NCBI GenBank assembly: GCA_012295275.1
Contig: CM022669.1
Coordinates: 16,740,001-16,804,000 of the forward strand
DNA length: 64,000 nucleotides
Reading direction: 5' to 3'
Source: Chrysomallon squamiferum
Taxonomy: Eukaryota; Animalia; Mollusca
In this document: positions 57,305 through 64,000 of the stretch, one piece after another
How positions within the stretch are numbered: the stretch's first letter is position 1
How the letters are laid out: each line of letters opens with the position of its first letter
Program-made: the position numbers and the translations under genes
The notes under the pieces: model-generated
What the model was told of the DNA's origin: nothing
Seen by the model: only the letters and a program-made list of their open reading frames with translations
Databases searched by the model: none

Positions 57305-59119
57305 TTGTTTTGTTCCTCTTCACGTTTGACATTACAAAAATTGGAGCACGTACTGCTCAGTGCATATGGAGATTATGATAGTATTTTATAAACGATATTG
57401 CAGCTTAATACTTCTTTAGACACCTTCATATTATTACTAATGAGAACATCTAATAACATAAATTTTGTATTCATAATAGCTGTTGATTCACGATAGCTTG
57501 GACAGTTTTATTAGATAACGCCAGTAACTCTAACTCATTACTCAAAATGTTTGCTAGAGTTACCTTTTCTTCTCTCTTTATTCTCCGTGAGAACCAGTGA
57601 GAACACTAGCAATAACAGCAACAACGACGACGACATCAGCAATAAGAATATCAATATCAATAATAATAATAAGAACAACAACAACAAGAAGAAGAAGAAG
57701 AACAACAACAACAACAACAAAAACAATAACAATAGCAATAACAACAATATTTTCCATTATGCTTGATAACAGTTATCCTTCGCTTCCAGTTAGGAAATAA
57801 AACGCAAATTGAAAAGAAAGTTAAACTGGAGTAAAAAATGTATCTGTACACTTGGGAAATCAAATAATTAAAGTTTCAACCTTTCTCACCGAGAAAATAA
57901 AGAAAAAAAAACAAGAAGAAGAAGAAGAGGAAAAGATAATGTTAAAACATGAGCATGAAAAGGTTCGCTAATAAGAGATTTTTTGATGAATGTAATTTCT
58001 TTATCATCATCACCATCATCATTAGAATCATTATCATTAGCATCACAGTTATCTTCGTCTTCAAAGTCGTTGTAACTACGACTCCATCAACAGTACTACC
58101 ACCCATCGTCATCATCATTACCATCATCATTATTATAATAATCATCAACATCATCATCATTATTATTAATTGAATTATTTATTCTTACATTTTTTGTTTA
58201 AGGTCCCCGCTTTTATTTCGGTTTATTTGTATTACATATTCCATCTATTTTTTTTTCTCTTCTTCTATTTAGGAATTAATTTCTACTGCTACTTACCTCT
58301 AATAATAACTGGGATACGAAGTGAAATATATTAATCAAGAAAGTAATCATGACACAATGGCAGAAAGAAGAATAAAAATCAAACTACATAAAGAAATCTG
58401 CTTTTGAAAAGAGTTTATTTATTGTTTTCCTTTGTAGTCAGAAAATGAACAATAATTGAAGATTTATTTTAGATTTTTTTTCATTATAATTTGTTTATCA
58501 GAAGGATTTTGTTCTGTTACAACATTTTTAATGATCATGGAAATTATGCTTTCATAAATCTTCATTGTTATTTTATTATTTTTATTCATTTTTAATTATT
58601 TTATTTATTTATTTCTTAAAATATAGGACTAAAATATGGACGTATAGTTTTCAGTATCATAATCATCTTCATCTTCATTATTATTATTATTATTATTATA
58701 TAACTGTTGTTATTGTTGTTGTTATTGTTGTTGTCGTTGCTACTGCTCACGTCATTTCATTATCACTAAGGAATATTCATTCGTTTGTTCAAACATTATT
58801 TCATTCTTGCTTTCTTTCCTGCATTGTTAATGACATGGTTCAACAACAAGAATCTATCGCCTCACAGTTTTAAAGGTCAAAGACTTAGAGGTGTAACCAG
58901 GAGCACTTGAAAACGTGATAATGAAAATCTTTTCTCGTTTCTTCTCTTTCTTCTTTATTTTTTCTCCTTCTTATTTTCTTAAATAAAAAAAATAAAAAAA
59001 TAGAAACTGTTTTTCTTTCAGTTTTTAAATGAATAATGATGACGTCAGTTCAGTACTGTGATAAAATATTTATTTTCTGAAATGGTCGACATTTAATTTG
59101 TTTTATTTAAAATCAATGA

Positions 59120-59166
<47 letters not shown>

Positions 59167-60063
59167 AAATAAATAAATGAAATGACCTTTAAGATTGAAA
59201 TTACTGAACAACAAACGAGAAACAGATATTTTCAACAGAGAAACAGAAAAATAAAAACACGGATGTCATTAGCTTCATTAATTATTTTCTTCTTTTTAAG
59301 TTCATTAACTAAAAAACAGATATTAATTAAAATGACTATTTCTTTTCAATATATCTGTTTGTGCTTGTGTGTGTGTGCGTGTGTGTGCGTGTGTGTGGGT
59401 ATGTGTGTGTGTGTGTGTGGGTGGGTGGTTGTGTGTGAATAAGATCTAGCATTTTAACTACTCTTGGAAAACATGAATGTTCACAGTTACAAACAAATTC
59501 TAAATTAAGTGTTTTTATTGTGGTTTAAAAGAAGAAAGGGACAGAGAATTTACAAAAAAAAAAAAAAAAGAGAGAGAGAGAGAGAAAAAAACAACAACAA
59601 AAAAACAATATAGCTACCAGAGTGGATAAAATTAATGAATGTTCATTTAACGATACCTGCACTTTCTTAATATGATTGCTATCAGGCTTTGAAACACTTA
59701 AAATCTGCCGTAAAAATCTTTCTGAAATAACACCGTACATGATTTACGATGGAAATATTTTTTGTTAAAAAGATGCACAGTCAAAAAAAGCTATTGCGTT
59801 AATTTTCGCTAAAATAAGCTCGTTGTTTCATGTTCCACAGATGAATTCAAGGGCAGATTATTGCGCTGTAAAGCGAGGCCTGTTTAGGAAAACGAAGCAT
59901 TTTTAAAAAATAAAATCTGAAGGAAATCGTTTATATCAGCATTTGTGCAATGGAAGGGAAAAAAAAAAAAACACTGATAATTTATCACAGAGTATAAAAG
60001 TTAGAGCAGTCCGACAATGAAATGCAATCCGTTAATTTTCAATTATTGCGATCTAATAGTTAA

Positions 60064-61520
<1,457 letters not shown>

Positions 61521-63133
61521 CAGAAACAAGGATTAAATGAGAATTTGTAAAAAAAAAAAACATAGTTTAATGAGAGAGTTTACTATTATATACTAACAGT
61601 GAACTATTAGAATCTCTTTAATTTTTTTTCTATAAAAAGCATTGCTATTTCTGAACACTGAAGAGCTATAAATATAATCGATTACAGTTGGAGTGTGATA
61701 AAATTCATCGAGCTTGTAACGATGTAAGAAGAGATCGCTGAATGTGAAGTTTTTTTCTTTTTTCTATCATTATTTTAATCACTAAAGTTTAAGGTATCGA
61801 TTCAATACCATATCAACTATACAATGACAGTGGTATGACAGAAAGATTCAATCTCATGTGTTTCATATAGCTGAATGGCTTAAATGCGTTGAAGATAAAC
61901 CACAGCTTTTAATTCGGTGTTTTCTGCATTATTTTATTACAGTATATGCTTTTAAATAAATAACAAACAGGTCGTTGTAGATTTTGATAATGTTTAAGAG
62001 AGAGAGAATATTTTAAGAGACAGAAAAAAACAGCTCATTACTATTTACCTGTCTTGATATTGATGCAAAGAAACATTGCTATCATATACTATAACTTTTC
62101 CAAGCATACATCTACATACATTTTAAATAATAATATTATCATCATCATCATCATCATACTCATAAGTACTACTACTACTACTACTACTACTATTACTACT
62201 ACTATTACTTCTACTACTGCTGCTACAACAATAACAACTACTACTACTATTATTATAACTGTTGTTGCTGTTGTTGTTGTTGTTGTTGCCGTCGTGATTC
62301 TTGTTTTGTTTTTATAACCCTTACGTGCTGACGTGTTTTCTAAACAGATATTGTGTTCTCTTGTTGATCTAAAATAACATAAACCGTAGTACTTTTAAAA
62401 TAGTTTTTACACCTATTTGATTGATTAAAATGTTCCACAGCTTCCATGCCTTGGGTACTTTTGTAAACTCTTCTTAGTATTTCAATTCTCTTTTTTTACA
62501 TCCCTAATCAAGCTGAGACGAAATTAAACCAAAATATACTAGCATATCAAATATCGCTGCTTTGTTAAAATTACATTAGTAATATATATTTTTTCTTACG
62601 TTGTGAGAGTCATATTACATTACCTAATGTATTTTTAATCGTGTTTTTTTTTTTTTTTTTTTCTGTTCATAGTGTTGATAAAATATTTTTTATACTAAAT
62701 TAATAGCAGCGGATTGGTATTTTTACAAAATATTTTACTTGTTAAATTCTATTTTCAGTCTTTAATGAAGCTACGAAATAAAACTGTCTGTGGGTTTAAT
62801 GCTAAGGCTGGCTTTCACAGAAGTGATTAAATTTAATCCTGTTTGTTATAGCCGAATCAAAGTATAGTAAAAGGACAGTGAAAAGAACAGATGAAAATTG
62901 CTTGAATGTACTTGTGTGATTAAGATTATTATTATTCCTATTATATTGCAGATTGGATTATTTGGTGAAGGTAATACTTGTAGTAGTCGAAGTGGTAGTA
63001 GTAGTGGTAGTAATAGTACTAGTGGTAGCGGTTGAGTAGTAGCAGTGGCAATAGTAGTAGTAGTAATAGTAGTAAAACTATTATGTAGTGATAGAAGCAG
63101 TAGTAGTAGTTATAGTAGCAGGAGTAGTAATAA

Positions 63134-63181
<48 letters not shown>

Positions 63182-64000
63182 AAATAGTGCTGGTAAGAAT
63201 GGAGGAGATGACGTAATGATGATGGTGGGTAAGATTTGATGATGATTTATTTCAAGTTATTTGATGTAGGAAACCTCTATCACTGAAATTAATTATCAAA
63301 ACGTCGCTGAATTTATGCACATTAACGTAAACTATATAATGTTAGAAAGATTTTATAGAACAGCTCAAAAACATATCTGTTCCTTTCAATATTGTTAATT
63401 TAAGTGAAATACCCCCGTGATTACAGAAATGTGTTTTGTTGTTTTATCCTTTCTCTTATCACCTAATTTCATTCCATTTATTTCATTGACGCCAGAAAAT
63501 ATGATAGAATCTAAATTCATTACTAACGATCAGTTTTTATATTAGATTTCATTATTATATTTAAAAAAAAATAAAAGAAATAATGTTATTATTATTAATA
63601 TTAGTTGTTGTAGTAGTAGAAGCAGTGGCAATACTGGTATCAGTCGCTGTTGTTGTCGTCGTAGTGGTAATGCAAGTTCTTATAGCAGATAAATAAGAGC
63701 AAGAGTATTTGCATTATTACCATTATTTTTATCAATATTATTGTCTTTATTATTAATATTTGCTGTTATTGCTGTAGTAATAGTAGAAGTAATAGCAGCA
63801 GTAATAGTAGTAGTAGTAGTAATTAAAGAAGGTAGTTGTACTATTATCATTATAATCATTATCATTACCGTTATCATTATCATTACAATTATTATTATTA
63901 TTATCATTATTATTATCATCATTATCATTACCATCATCAACTGAAATTATGCCATAAATTGATCCTATCATCATCATTATCATCATCACCCTTATTATTA

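Overview
AT-rich animal genomic DNA, probably molluscan (inference only), very dense in microsatellites. One coding exon is convincing. It lies on the minus strand at 14375/14363..13527 and encodes the long N-terminus, HA helix and S1 segment of a small-conductance Ca2+-activated K+ channel (SK/KCNN). It ends at a phase-0 GT donor after ...EVYPK. A strong acceptor at 14898/14897 suggests this is an internal exon of about 1.37 kb with roughly 520 nt of uORF-rich 5'UTR. On that reading, most of 15-64 kb is 5' intron or upstream regulatory DNA, and 1-13.5 kb is the next intron. I could not find the S2 exon in the window. The rest consists of simple repeats, minisatellites, tRNA-derived SINE or pseudo-tRNA units, a small Tc1/mariner-type MITE, a perfect 343-bp tandem duplication, a local inverted duplication, and several CpG/motif-rich patches that are candidate alternative first exons or enhancers. 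Nearly all other ORFs in the track are microsatellite translations. I see no clear evidence of a new multi-gene system. The best leads concern regulation of the SK gene (alternative promoters, uORFs, possible circular exon) and the tRNA-like tandem array.
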